Virus record (IMG/VR): IMGVR_UViG_3300032214_000801
Span: 6,270-70,269 of that record
DNA from: a virus
Reading direction: 5' to 3' (one strand)
DNA: 64,000 bases
Shown: positions 22,501 to 33,700 of the stretch, piece by piece
Layout of the letters: each line of letters begins with the position of its first letter
How positions within the stretch are numbered: the stretch's first letter is position 1
Notes under the pieces: generated by a model
What the model saw: the letters and a program-made list of their open reading frames with translations, nothing else
Databases searched by the model: none
What the model was told of the DNA's origin: nothing
Made by a program: the position numbers and the translations under genes

Positions 22501-24793
22501 TTCCAATAGAAATTCCTGCAGTTGATCCAATAAAGATATTGGTATCTCCAGCATTTAATGGATATGTTAACGTTGTTCTAAGAACAGCACCTGAAGTAAA
22601 TGCTGCTCCAACAATTACATAAGTATTTCCAACAGAAACAATTGGACGATCTCTAAATTCTGCTTGAGATCCTACAGTAATTGAACTTCCTATTGCAACA
22701 CCAACATCAGTTAATGATGCTCCAACTCTTGTTGGGTTAACAAAAATGACAGTGCTTCCGTGAGAAGTTTGGAATCCAATTGTAGAACTTAAAGTTGTTC
22801 CTGGAGCAGTAAATGCTGCTCCAATATTGACATATGGAACAAGAGTTCCTGAAGATCCTATGGTTACCCCAATACCAGTAATGGGTACATTAACAACAGA
22901 AACTCCAGCTCCGATTGATAAAGAACTTCCGATAGATATTCCAGCAGTATCAGTTAAAAATATTGTTTGGAAGCCAACAGGAACAGTATCTTTAATTGAT
23001 GTATTGATGAAGGTAATATTTCTAAAATACTTTGATGGAGATACGGTTGCAAGTCCAACGTTAAATTTGTTTGATTGAATAACATCTGCAGTAAATGTTG
23101 ATCCAATTCCAACAATACCATATACTGATTTTATATCAGAAATCTGATACGCAGTAACTGCAACTGCAACTCTTGTATTTTCTATTCCATCAAAAATAAA
23201 TGATTCATTTGGAACGAATCCGCCAGAAACTTGATATAGAGTAATAAGCTTTCCGTTTGATACAGAATCTTTAAGGAATCCAGTTGCACCGCTATTGTTG
23301 CCTTCAACAAAGGTTGGAGCACTCAGTGTGATTGGTTCGTTTAAAGTTACTTCACAAGTTGTTTGAATATCAAATAAAGAAAGATCCCACTGATTTAAGT
23401 TTGGATTATTAGAATCGTAAGAACCAGATTCTAAGGCAAAATCATATACTCTAGCTACGCCAATTTCTTTTCCTGGAGCAATTGTAGATGCAACTCCAGG
23501 AAGTCTTGTATCCCCTATTCTAGAATCTCTTAGACTTAAGATATAAGTATTTCCAATACCAATTTGAGGAGATCCGTAAATTCTATTTAATTTTAGAGTT
23601 GAACCAGTACTATAAACTACGCTTTGATCCGATAAGTTTTGCGTAGTTCTTGTTTTGGGAAACTCCAGTACAGTATCAGTAGGGTTTTCTACTTCATATC
23701 CACGAATAATTGCTTTTCCGGGAGAAACTTTGTAAATTGCAAGATTTTCATTAGGAACATTTCCACTTGCTGTCAATTCTCCAGAACTATAAATTCCTTG
23801 ATTTCCTACGAAATCATTTAAGGATTCTTTAGCTTCAATGGAATATGGTTTGATATAATAATCACCCATTTCATTCCAAGTTCTTCTTGCAAGTTCTTCG
23901 GTTATTACCGTAGAATCATTTGTTTTCTTGGAAGTTAGAACTCCGTTTCTAACAGTTGCGAGTTCAATAAAATTGGCATCATTAAAATCATCTATTGCCT
24001 TTTTATAAAGAGATACTGATATTGAAAGTCTATCTGCTCCTGGAGCAGCATAGTTTGTAAATCCTTGTGCATTATCATTTAAAGCTTCATCAATATCAGC
24101 ATTTACAATTGTTTCACTAATATAAAGTCCTATTCTATAGGTTGGTTTGTTTGTATATTGATCAAGTATTAAAGTTTCGTCACTTACAGATATAAATTGC
24201 CCTCTAATGAAGTAAACTCCATTAGAAATTGAGAATGAAGATCCAAGAGCAGTTGATTCAAATGGAATTGTTGTTGCAAATGGACTACCTGCAGCAATTG
24301 TAGTATTTCCCAATAACCCTGAGGTTATCTCAGAATTTGTTATTAATGTCTCGCCATCTAAAAATGACTTACTTGAATTATCTTGAGTCGATGATGTCAA
24401 GTATTGAATATAAACGGTTGCAGATCCTTTTTCGGATTCAGTTGATAATAAAGAATTAATTACAATTGCGGAAACGCCAGAAGTTTGTCCAACAATTTTT
24501 ACCCCATTCAATTCCTTAATATAAGAATCTACAGGAATACCTAGATATGAATTACTTAACTGGATGCAATCATACGCCCCATTGTATGCAAAATTACCTG
24601 GGATAACTTTTGCACCCTCTTTATAAATTGACAGTCCAAACTTTTCAATTTGATTTTGAAGAATGGACTGTAATGTAGTTAATTCCCTTGCCTGGACAGG
24701 ATATCCGGGTTTAAATAATACCTTATAGTAATCACTATTCGAATTAAAATCGTCAAAATATGGTGATACGTTAAGGTTTGTTTGTTGGGGCAT
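16520..24793 (-). CDS. Giant virion structural protein (DUF4815/VrlC-like, baseplate/tail associated)
   Basis: 2757 aa; N-terminal PYFDDF...VLFKPGYPVQARELTTLQSILQNQIE, APGADRL, LEYYTALSLLE and FKSGFFVDNF motifs. Confidence 0.85.
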   Translation of the reverse strand: MPQQTNLNVSPYFDDFNSNSDYYKVLFKPGYPVQARELTTLQSILQNQIEKFGLSIYKEGAKVIPGNFAYNGAYDCIQLSNSYLGIPVDSYIKELNGVKIVGQTSGVSAIVINSLLSTESEKGSATVYIQYLTSSTQDNSSKSFLDGETLITNSEITSGLLGNTTIAAGSPFATTIPFESTALGSSFSISNGVYFIRGQFISVSDETLILDQYTNKPTYRIGLYISETIVNADIDEALNDNAQGFTNYAAPGADRLSISVSLYKKAIDDFNDANFIELATVRNGVLTSKKTNDSTVITEELARRTWNEMGDYYIKPYSIEAKESLNDFVGNQGIYSSGELTASGNVPNENLAIYKVSPGKAIIRGYEVENPTDTVLEFPKTRTTQNLSDQSVVYSTGSTLKLNRIYGSPQIGIGNTYILSLRDSRIGDTRLPGVASTIAPGKEIGVARVYDFALESGSYDSNNPNLNQWDLSLFDIQTTCEVTLNEPITLSAPTFVEGNNSGATGFLKDSVSNGKLITLYQVSGGFVPNESFIFDGIENTRVAVAVTAYQISDIKSVYGIVGIGSTFTADVIQSNKFNVGLATVSPSKYFRNITFINTSIKDTVPVGFQTIFLTDTAGISIGSSLSIGAGVSVVNVPITGIGVTIGSSGTLVPYVNIGAAFTAPGTTLSSTIGFQTSHGSTVIFVNPTRVGASLTDVGVAIGSSITVGSQAEFRDRPIVSVGNTYVIVGAAFTSGAVLRTTLTYPLNAGDTNIFIGSTAGISIGSSISVGSGVGIALTYVPVASIGNTFVTIGVGFTTPYTASVGAAVTFLNTSSIVSGTAVTFTNVSAMPIGAGVSISYVLNTSTVIAANAQFPGSLVANTNLVSYTDLNYPNKIYAKVVSVGKTSVEIASIQSVAGINSSTLPTATTTVSNLQIIESKLDSSSDNSFYTRLPKRNIASVNLSGASLVIRKTYKVNIAGNRLSTTVVAQTNETFLPFDEERYTLVRSDGNYEVLTSDKFEITNGGSELQIYGLGSNDTGATLVATLKKINVKEKIKRKDRVSSIIIDKSKYSSSGIGSTTTNDGLAYGAYPYGTRVQDEIISLNSADIIELHGIFESYDDTVPSAPTAVFSAINGSSGQTTDLVIGETIVGQSSNASAIVAELIDDSTISFLMKNELSFREGETINCLESGVQCVIRTLDTPSKNISGNYVYGIGQNKFFYDYGYIKRKSDSLSPVRKLKAYFSNGYYDGSDDGDITTVNSYRNFDYKKDIQFFDGVSNGDIIDIRPRVSDYSVNEGIRSPLEFYGRVFTQNGNSSSNILASDEDIVVDYSFYLPRIDRIFLTKDGVFQVKYGTPSENPERPILVDDAIEIASVSIPAYLYNISDVSFNFLEYKRYQMSDIRKLETRIQNLEYYTALSLLETKTENLFIPDNDGLNKFKSGFFVDNFTSLDSQENGVIFKNSIDPKTNELRASHFTNSLDITAASVTSIGSSIGQFVSSEQKPDLQYTAPTGINVRKNKDIVTLDYSEVEWLAQRFATRTENVTPFVITFWQGTLELTPSSDTWVSTQRIEARTINAEGNYATVMADASRRFGVDPQTGLAPTVWGSWQTIWTGSSFVDTSSTRTTTSGGAWQGSTGGGILPVWGTQTVTTRRDTTRTTTLTGTSTRTNTRTSVVEQIDRTSLGDRTVSRDLIPYMRSRNITWTGKRVKPSTELYAFFDGINVTRFCTPKLLEIQMISGVFQVGENVVGRSPATGTGINWQQSVPGITFRVATSNHAEGPYNSPILTYPQNPYTAGTLPSTYSSTSTILNVDLFSLSNQPQGEYSGWVAQDMILVGQTSKAQARITSVRLLSDIAAEVRGSFFIPPDVVGFPRFLAGQKVFTLINNTSNSKPTSTTFAEERFTSQGTIEVVQENILAVRNARVEVQSTTESRAASQTTSALVSSNVVSSTSSRVLVGYYDPLAESFFVEEPAGIFLSKCDIFFKTKDTTNVPVTLQIRTVELGTPTTKILPFSEIVLRPSQVNLSDDGSVATTFVFEAPVYLEGQKEYAIVLLSNSSAYNVFISRVGENDITTREYISTQPYLGSLFKSQNASTWDPSQWEDLKFVLYRADFLLNGTLDLRNPPLSKGNNQIANLLPDSIATNSRRLRVGLGATVVDPNLLVGATVLQGNSNARGNYVGSAGSAFSTLSIVNPGIGYTPSFTMGGSYTFAGVALTSITGSGVNATANITVTNGVAVAATISNGGSGYQAGDVLSVTKLGSSPEGKDLRLSVVSIASTNELVLDNVQGDFNVGVGATVRFINRVGLVTDLNAAVGGNVTINRISVLADGKSINVNHRNHGMYFSDNYVRIEGVQSDSASTQLILEYKSDSVAPLSVQSINLFNTFENIGIGTTNVGYALVGDEIISYTSSYGNQLGGIITRGIDGTTPKNHAPGTPVSKYELSGVSLRRINKIHYLGNYTGNTPITFDSYTLPIDMSSTSGVGRSDGLSFPKLYFNETKTTGGSNVFATQNMPYEIITPMIQNMTVRSTNIDAEIRTITGRSINGNELAYVDNGYEFVSLNESNYLDSTRIICSQVNEYYKLNNLPDNKSFNMRLILSSLDSKVSPVIDLERTNVILTSNRIDSPITNYATDKRVNSIDLDPTSCQYVSKETNLINPATSIQVILDGHMNVYSDIRAFYAIDNKQNFDPIFIPFPGWDNLDSNKQIISAANNNGKPDSYIPPSSSLGFSSPTLEFKEYKFTINNLPSFNSYRIKIVLTSTNQAYPPRIRDLKVIALA

Positions 24794-24799
24794 GACCGT

Positions 24800-26347
24800 T
24801 TAGAATTGCAAAATGACTTTAATATCTTCTTTTTGGTTTGCAGATCTTGTGATCGCAGGTCTGTTATCAATATAAATCATATTTCCAGTATACTTTTGTA
24901 CTTCTGGATCTGATATACCACTACTAAATGATTGTCCGAGGTAGTAGGTTCTATTATTTATTACGGTAGAAATACCACTAAAACTATTATCAATAGATAA
25001 AATAGAGGTTCCTCCATTGACAAATAGTGAACCATCAACGGAAGGAGATCCTGTAAACTCTACCAAATCATATCCATATGCAGTAACTGATTGCCCAGTT
25101 CCGACAGTATTAAATCCTGCAAGGGTTTTATCTTGCCAATATTTTAAAACTCCAGTTACTTGATTGTAACTTATTACTTTTCCAGAAGCAGTAACTCCAG
25201 TTCCAACAGTTTGTGTGATTAAACTATCTGGAGTGAATGAAGTTGTACTATATCCAGCACCAACCAATTTCAGAGCATATACTCCACTTGCCTTATCGTA
25301 AGTTAAAAGTGATCCTCCAGGAACTTGGGGATTTTCAACTATTCCAATTCTGGCAATCTGATTTCCTGTAATAAAATCTGGATTTTCTACATCATTTTCA
25401 ATTCTGGAATATAGAAGAACATTATATGCACCAAGTTCTCTATAGATATCCTTACCATGTCCTCCTTTTGGAGGAATAATAACGTCAAACGTTGGTGTAG
25501 TTGTACCCGTAGGAACATTGCCAGAAATTAAATCAACATTACCATACGTATATCCAGATCCTTGATTTGATACTGTGATTGATTCTACTTGTTGATCATT
25601 ATCAACAACAATAGTACATTCTGCTCCGGATCCATTTCCTTTAATGGGAACTCTTGTATATGTTCTGTTCGCTGTTCCTACACCAACACCTCTATTAGTA
25701 ACTGTTACAATTTTAATTCCACCATCAACAGCATTATCTCTTACGGGAGCAACATCTGCATTTGTTTCCCAATTAGTTGGGACTGGCATGTACTCTGTTG
25801 AATCAAATTTAATCAAATCTCCTGGCTTAATCGTATAAAGATACTTCCAAACATATCCATCTCCACTACTGCCGGCAGATCTTGGCTCTAAGTCAGTAAA
25901 AGTTGGCTCATCTAGAGAAGGCTTTCCATTTGGAGTTTCGGGAGTTGTTCCATTTTCAAGGCAGATATAAACTCTATAGTCACTATTCAATATGAAGTAT
26001 GAGGAAGAGTATAAATTGGTTGATCCAGAAACTTTGGCAGTATTTGAACGACTGTAATCATGTCTGTACATGTCATAGGTTGTTCCAGAGTTCCATACTC
26101 TTTTGGGAACAACTTGCCTTACATCATTGGCATTAATTTTTTTGAGAGCTATAATAGAATCCCAACAATCAGCTTCCTCAAGAAAACTATCTCTTGGTGC
26201 AGGAGGATTTGTATCCCAATCCGATTGAATTGTATACGGATTTGGTAACCCAATAAACGTATAATAACTGTTATTAGAAGAAGTAACGCCAGATATAAAA
26301 TTCTTTGCGTTTAATATTCTAATTTGATCTGTTATAATTGCTGCCAT
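24800..26347 (-). CDS. gp8: Baseplate wedge subunit
   Basis: YDMYRHDY, YRVYICLEN and DGYVWKYLY motifs; C-terminal YIDNRPAITRSANQKEDIKVILQF. Confidence 0.9.
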   Translation of the reverse strand: MAAIITDQIRILNAKNFISGVTSSNNSYYTFIGLPNPYTIQSDWDTNPPAPRDSFLEEADCWDSIIALKKINANDVRQVVPKRVWNSGTTYDMYRHDYSRSNTAKVSGSTNLYSSSYFILNSDYRVYICLENGTTPETPNGKPSLDEPTFTDLEPRSAGSSGDGYVWKYLYTIKPGDLIKFDSTEYMPVPTNWETNADVAPVRDNAVDGGIKIVTVTNRGVGVGTANRTYTRVPIKGNGSGAECTIVVDNDQQVESITVSNQGSGYTYGNVDLISGNVPTGTTTPTFDVIIPPKGGHGKDIYRELGAYNVLLYSRIENDVENPDFITGNQIARIGIVENPQVPGGSLLTYDKASGVYALKLVGAGYSTTSFTPDSLITQTVGTGVTASGKVISYNQVTGVLKYWQDKTLAGFNTVGTGQSVTAYGYDLVEFTGSPSVDGSLFVNGGTSILSIDNSFSGISTVINNRTYYLGQSFSSGISDPEVQKYTGNMIYIDNRPAITRSANQKEDIKVILQF

Positions 26348-26367
26348 CTTAGGGATTTTTTATCTAT

Positions 26368-27717
26368 TTATTGAGTTACTCCAATACCAGCATTTCTGGA
26401 GAGTAGAGTTGATTTCCAACGACTACCTCTGAGTGGAATGCAAGTACTATTATTATTCATAATGTTGAGTGTAAGTGTATTGGTATTTACAGATCCATTT
26501 TCCAAAAATACTGATATTTTTGCATAATGTGTCGCGTTGTTAAGAGTTAATGACAATCCAGTGCTTGTCAGTGCTGATCCAACAGCAGTTATCATTTGTG
26601 GAGCTGCTGGAGTATTAGTGGAAACCCCTGTAACTGGCGTTGTAGTGATAATTGCATTAATTGATGCAGGAGCAGTTGGTGTAGAAAGAGTAAATGTGGT
26701 TACGCCAGTAGTTCCTTTTGTGAAATAAAGATCAAAATCTATCTCATAGTCACCATTTCCCACAAGAGGAATTAATCCCGGATCAAAGAAGTTTGTTGCC
26801 ACTCCTGGTTGCCCAGTTGCTGCAAGAATTTGTCTATTAGATTCTAAACGGAATAAATTTGTAACTGGAATAAATCCTCTTCCTCCAGTTGTAACACCTG
26901 TAGCATAGTATGATTGTCCATCATATTCTACTGCACCTAAAGTTCCATTACCAGTTAGTAATGTTCCTGTGCTAAATTGAAAAGCTGGAATTGTGTTGGT
27001 GCCAGATCCTGCAACATATCCATTTGCAGTTATAATACCAGTTACTTCAAAATGTCCATTAGTAATAGTTGTTCCTGATCCAACAGAAGAAACCCCAGTA
27101 ATATTTGCGTGAGTTCCTCTAATAGTGGATAACGTAGAGATTCCTGTATAATTTAAATCCGTTCCTTGAAGTGAAGAAAGTGTTGAAATACCAGAAACAC
27201 TTAATATTGTACTTTGAAAAGATCTGCATGTAGCAAATCCAAGAGTGCTAATTCCAGGAACATTTAATCCTGTGGTAACTCCAGCTAGAGAGAGGTTAGT
27301 TATTATTGCGTTAGAAAGAGTTGAGACTCCAGCAACATTTAAATCGGTAAATGTGTTTGGTGCATTTGAAACTGCAGATTCAATAGTTGCAGTTGTTGTA
27401 GCATCAAGAGAAGAAATATTTTTTAACTGTCCACCAGAACTTACTATTTCCGTTGATCCAAGTTTATAAGAAGTTGCACTCAAATCACCCAATACTTGAA
27501 ATTTTGATGTTGGATTTGTAGATCCAACACCGACATTAAAAGTAGTTGCAGAAATGCCAATAACAGTGCGTCCAAATCCAACCGACAAAGTTGTATTTGG
27601 ACCTAAAGCACCATATACTTCAGTAAAATTTGCATTAATCTTATCAGCACCATCTCTTAAACTATCACCTGCTCCATCATTTGGAGCAGAACCTGTATTA
27701 ATTATTAATTTTGACAT
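26368..27717 (-). CDS. Baseplate/tail-fibre-associated protein with gp9/gp10-like N-terminus
   Basis: N-terminal INTGSAPNDGAGDSLRDGADKINANFTEVY attachment motif, followed by GIST-type repeats. Confidence 0.7.
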   Translation of the reverse strand: MSKLIINTGSAPNDGAGDSLRDGADKINANFTEVYGALGPNTTLSVGFGRTVIGISATTFNVGVGSTNPTSKFQVLGDLSATSYKLGSTEIVSSGGQLKNISSLDATTTATIESAVSNAPNTFTDLNVAGVSTLSNAIITNLSLAGVTTGLNVPGISTLGFATCRSFQSTILSVSGISTLSSLQGTDLNYTGISTLSTIRGTHANITGVSSVGSGTTITNGHFEVTGIITANGYVAGSGTNTIPAFQFSTGTLLTGNGTLGAVEYDGQSYYATGVTTGGRGFIPVTNLFRLESNRQILAATGQPGVATNFFDPGLIPLVGNGDYEIDFDLYFTKGTTGVTTFTLSTPTAPASINAIITTTPVTGVSTNTPAAPQMITAVGSALTSTGLSLTLNNATHYAKISVFLENGSVNTNTLTLNIMNNNSTCIPLRGSRWKSTLLSRNAGIGVTQ

Positions 27718-27751
27718 TCTCTCTCAAAAATTTGGGGGGCATTTGTAATAT

Positions 27752-30700
27752 TTATGTCTTGTAGTTTCTATATTTGAGTGGGTTTGTTCTGGTTACAAGA
27801 GCAGAAGTCTTAATTCCAGTAATTCCATTCTGATTATAGAAATTAAATGGCTCAATTGGTACAAATGATGAAACTGGAATTCTACCCCAACTAAAGTTTC
27901 CGATTTCATTAATTATTTCAGCATCAAATGTCATTCTTGTGGAATCAAATGTTATTGATGACGAATCAAATGTTCTAGATCTGAAATCATAATTATTAAA
28001 CGTGTTTACACTAACAACAACTTCTTTGGTGTAAATATTGCCAAATCCAATAATATTCGTTAAAGCAGTTGATGAAGAAACTACTTGATACACATTGTCA
28101 ATGAAAGTTGTTCCTACTCCAACTACAGAACCATCAGATCTTAGTGACTTAATTGAGGTATTAAAACCTAAATTAGAATCCGATAATACGAAATAATCAC
28201 CTTGAGAGATTTGGCTAATTGTAATTGCAGCTCCAACAATTGCATCACTTCTTAGTACAGAATCGGGTGGAATATAGAAGTTAAATTTAAGAGCTGTCGA
28301 TGCAATTCCAACTACAGAAGTACTTGCAATGCCAACTATCATTCCAAAATCTCCTTGATAAGAGATATTTGAAAGTTTCTTAATATTAATTTCTGGAGAT
28401 TCTATTAGAACTACAGGTGGATTTGTAAATGTATATCCAGTTCCTGCATTTGAGATTGTGATAGTTGTAACTATACCAGAACTTATTGAAGAAGTTGCAG
28501 TAGCAGTTGTTCCTAATCCAACAATAGTTTCCGATCCATTTACATATGTTGTAGCAGGATTTGAAACACCAAATCCTAAAGGATTTCCAATTTTAACTAC
28601 AGGAGAATTAACGTATCCATATCCACCATTTGAGATAACGATTGCACTAATTGTTCCTGCAGCAGATACAACTGCTGTAGCAGCAGCAGAAACTTTCTCT
28701 TCTTGAGAATACATTGTGACATTATTTTGGAAATTCAATGAAATCTTATTCTCATTATATGGATCGAAGAAAGATTTAACGCTTTCTATGTAAATGGTTG
28801 TAGTTCCAGCACTTACTGTTTGAATAACATTAGTTGCAGGATAAATCAAAGGTTCATATAAATCTCTATCCTTTGCAATTTCCTTTTCATTAACAATCTT
28901 ATCTTCAGTTTGTCTGCACCAAGTTACTGGTCTTGTTAGGGTTTCATCTGTAGTATTTCCAGGTCCAAAATAAACGTTTGTGTCAACTGTATTGATAGAG
29001 GTGACATCTATAACAGAGCGATAGTCTTCCTGTAAGAAACTTGATTGTCCCAAATAAGAATCGTATCCAATAGTCAGTTCATCTCCAATCTTAACACTTT
29101 CAATAATATCTTTGTCTATAACGTCAATGGATCCAGTTCCTTTATAGAATAGGAGCTTCATTGTGTATCCAGATTTAGGAGGTTCTGTAAATGTTATTAC
29201 ACTACCACCATCAAATTCATAAGCTTCACCTGGAATTTGTAATATGTTGTTGACAAACAATAGTAGAGTTGACTTAATATCAATTTTAGAACCCTTAGAT
29301 GCTCTGATTGATAATATTTCACCATTTGACTTAATTTGGAATTTTCTTCTTATTCCATCAAACAAATCAGCAAAATCATCCAATACTTGCAATTCTCCAA
29401 TAGACCACCCAGAGAATTTGTCTCTATAAGTTGAATCTATAGTTAATGAGAATTCTTTAAAGTTTGCACTTGAAGTTGTTGGTATTCCTGTCGTTCCACC
29501 GACTAAAACAGTTAGAACTTCTCCTTGTCCGTACCCGTATCCAAGATTATTCAGAGTAAAATCAATTACACTAGATCCTTGTCCAACTACTATATCTACG
29601 GTTGCGGATGATCCGTTTCCAGATGATATTGAAGAATAGACTAGAGGAACGTTTGAATATGATAATGGAGAATCAAAAATTACATGTGGTGGATTTGTTG
29701 AGGTATATCCAGTTCCTGGATTTGTAACTGCAACACTTACTACATGTCCATTGGTTATGTTTGCAGTTCCAACGTAGAATATGTTAGGAGTTTCTAAAGA
29801 TGAAGTTGTGACACCAACTCTTACTGTTTGAATTCCTGCCCTGTACCCAGATCCAGTATTTCCAACACTAATTGATTGAATGGTTCCTGCAATAGAAACA
29901 ATCGCTGTTCCTCCAGCAGATACTAGAGGCTGGTATCCAAATCCAGAAGTTGATCCAACAGATATGATGATGCCACCTATGGGAACGGAACCAACATTTG
30001 GATCGTATGATACTGAAGATGCAGTTCCTGTAAATGTAATAGAAGTGATACCACTATTTTCAGATAGTGTATAATCATATGATAATCCAGGACCCTGGAA
30101 AATATCATTAACCAGAACGATTGCATTTTCTGTTGCAATTCCAGTTATATTTGATTTATTTGATCTAATACTGAATAATTTCTTCTCACTATCAAATTCC
30201 GAAGAAATATCATCAAAAATATAATTGTTGTAGTATGCCTCAAGTGATGTACCTGGATAAGCGGATCTTAAGAAGGTTCTTCCATGGAATTTGGATCTTG
30301 TTGTAATTCCAACATAATCTCTTTGATCTGGAGGATTTGTTGGTGCGCCTATAGGAATATTTCCATAAGGTGCCTCAACAAAATTGAGTTTATTGCCAAC
30401 AATATTGTAAGTTCCAGTAACCTTTGTGATAGGTGATCCTGTAGAGTGTCCAACAACATCAGATCCCATCCAAGGTCTCTGAACAAGAACTGCATTGGTA
30501 CTTCCAATACCAACACCTCTAATTCTCATTATTTCATCATCAATTTTAATTAGATCACCCCCAAAGAAAGAAGTAATTCCACTAAAATAAAGAAGATCGT
30601 CTGAAATAAATGCATTCTTAGAAAGGCTTGAAGTTATAGCCGTTCCAACAATTGGAGATTGAATAATATTGTCAAGGCATATAATTACTTTTGAATTTTG

Positions 30701-33700
30701 TTTTTTGGAAGTGAAGAAATGCGTTCCGATTCCAGAAACCAGATCAAAGGTATTTGGATCAACGTTTAAAGAATCCTCTGCAGTTGCTGCGAGTTTAAGT
30801 TGAGTTTCATTTAATTTTACAACAAAAACCGAGGATGGTAATTTATTTGTGATTCCGATTCCAGTAATTGTAGTAGTACCAATACCTATAGCTAGAGATG
30901 TACCTGCACCAGGATTTGTATAAACCAATTCTTCTCCGGTAACAAAGAAGTGGTTTGGTAGATTTATAACATTTGCGGCATAGTCAATGTTCGTTTGAGT
31001 ATCAAAACTCTTTTCAAAAATTGGTATTGATCTATATGTGAGATCAAATTCCCTCTTAACGTCTGTTATTGAGGATCTATATAATCCATATCTTGTTTCT
31101 ATAGAAGCATTTCCTAAGTTAATGAGAGACTCAAGTGGACTTGTTTCAACAAATTTGAGGGCATTTGCAAATATCCTTACTTCAACATCCGTATTTGGTA
31201 CTGGAGTAAATGTTAATTGTGCATCAGTTCCAGAAAGATTTACTCCAAAGGTTCCAAGCCCAGAATTAGTTTGTAAATCGGCATACTCTACATAATATGA
31301 TTCAGAATCATTAATTATACTTGAAATTTCAGATGAATACACATCTCCAGTATTTTTATCTGTTACCTGTGTGATATAATATGCCCCACCATATAGATTT
31401 GAAAATGTTGCTACAACATTTTCTGTTGGTGTTGCGGAAGATGCAATAGAAATATAATTTGACTGCAATCTTGCATATTGTAGATCATATGTTCCAATTC
31501 CTGATGTATTGGTATTGCCTATTGCAATGTTCAAACTATTTGAAGTTACTCCAATTCCAGAATATGGAATAAAGTCAATATTAAAATTAGATCCAGAAAT
31601 ATATGGATAGAATGTACCTATTGATCCACTAGAATAGAAGCTTAAACTATTGTTGTTTAATCCACCATACTCCAAGAACTCAATCTGAGATCCTTTTCTT
31701 ATAGCATTATATTCCGTAAAATAGTGTTCTCCATTATCGCCAATAACATTAACAATTCCTTTAACTGAAGTAAATGATGATGCAATACTTACAACATTGC
31801 AAGGAGATCCTACAGATGCCGAGTTTGATCCAGTAACAATTTTAACTACATCACCAAAATCTCTTGATCCTATACCAGATACTGCATCGGTTAAATTGAA
31901 AAATAGGCACGTAACGTCAAAATCGTCATACTCGTAATTCGTTGGATAGAAATTAATAACACCATCAGTTCCATCAACAACAAAATCAAATGTTCCCATA
32001 TCATAAGATGATTCCACTCTTGCATATTGGTTCATATACGAGAAGTACTCATCCTTTAAGAGATCCAACATTATAAGTTGTCTTTGATTTACATATCTCT
32101 TATCTCTAATTAAAGCTATAATCTTCTTAGAAGTAACACCCTGAACACTGAATCTTGCAACCTCACCAAATCTTGTGACTCTAGGATTACTATTAAATTG
32201 ATCACTAATATCATCAATCAAGAGAACTCTGTTTCCAACAGATTCAGAATAATCGGTTAGTACTCTGTTTACAAATATAATTTCATCAGAAATAATTTTA
32301 CCGTCAACATTTAGTACATTTTCTCTAACAATGTCATAGTCAGAAACACAATTTATATCAACAACAGAGTCTATATTTACAATAACCTCCACACCTGGAG
32401 AATTTGATGGAATCTCAACAACCATAGATTCTTGATCATAATATGGTAAAGTAGATTCCATTTGCAAATCTGCAAACTTTTTAAATCCTGCTGTGTGATT
32501 TAATGTGCTTACAACATCTTCCCATGTATTAAAGTCTATTTTAGATTTCAATGAATATGAGAAGGTTTGATAATACTCATTATCAGGTATTCTTTGAAGA
32601 ATATCATTAAGGAATCCAGTCTCATTTTCCCAACCATTTCTAATCTTCGAATAATAATTTAATCCATATTGCGAATTAAATTCTTCAATAGAATTGATTT
32701 GGGCAAGAGATCCAGATATTAATCCTTTAACAATTGTTCCAGCATAAACTTTATCAACAGTACTAACCTTAAGAGTTCCTGTTTTATTATCCCAATTTTG
32801 AACAACACCTGTCATAGATGTTGAAGCTACTGAAACTATTGGTTCTCCATTATAAAAATCTGTGGGTTTAACACTGACAGAGAATTGTGGAAGATTTTTC
32901 TCCGCAATGATTTTTCCTGATGAGTTTGCTGGATCAAAAGTTCCAGGAATTTCTCCTTCCTTTAAAAATCCATCTAAACTAAATGTTACGATTCCAATTC
33001 CACCTCTATTCTCAGCTACTGACAATATCTTGAAGAATTCATATCCATAATTTGAGGAATTATATCCTATACCAGTAGATCCAACTCCAACGCTAACATT
33101 TTCAATTAAAACTTTATCGTTAGCTGAGAATGGGAATGACTGCTCGGTACTAAATCCAACAGAAAGTGTTACTGCTGCAGTTTTGTTTGTAGAGTTATAT
33201 CTTATTGTGGAAATCCCCACTCCATTTGAATTCTGAATTGGAATTATTTTTGGAGTTGTGTTGTTTATTCCATTTGTATTCTTGAGTATGGTAACTTTAC
33301 CATCGCCAAGATTATAACGAAGATCGACTTCTGGAACAACTTTATTAGTTTTTCCATCCAAAAGAATTAATTTTGGCGATACCGTATATCCTCTACCAAA
33401 GGAGGTTACTCCAATGTTTTCAATAGTTGCAAACGATTCAATAGTGCAAATTTGAGGTAATTTTGTTGTTGGACTTAAAGTTGAATCTGATGGAAAATCA
33501 AATCCAATATTTTCTATTGTTGTTGTTTTGAGATTACCGATAGACTTACTATAAGCCTTTAATACTGCTCCAGTTCCATTTTCTGTTGTTAAGACAGTTG
33601 ATATTCCTGGCAATGAATAATAATTATTTCCACCACTCTTAATTAATAATCCACTAATTGCTCCAGATGCATATGTTGATTCAGTTTCATACTTAATTGT

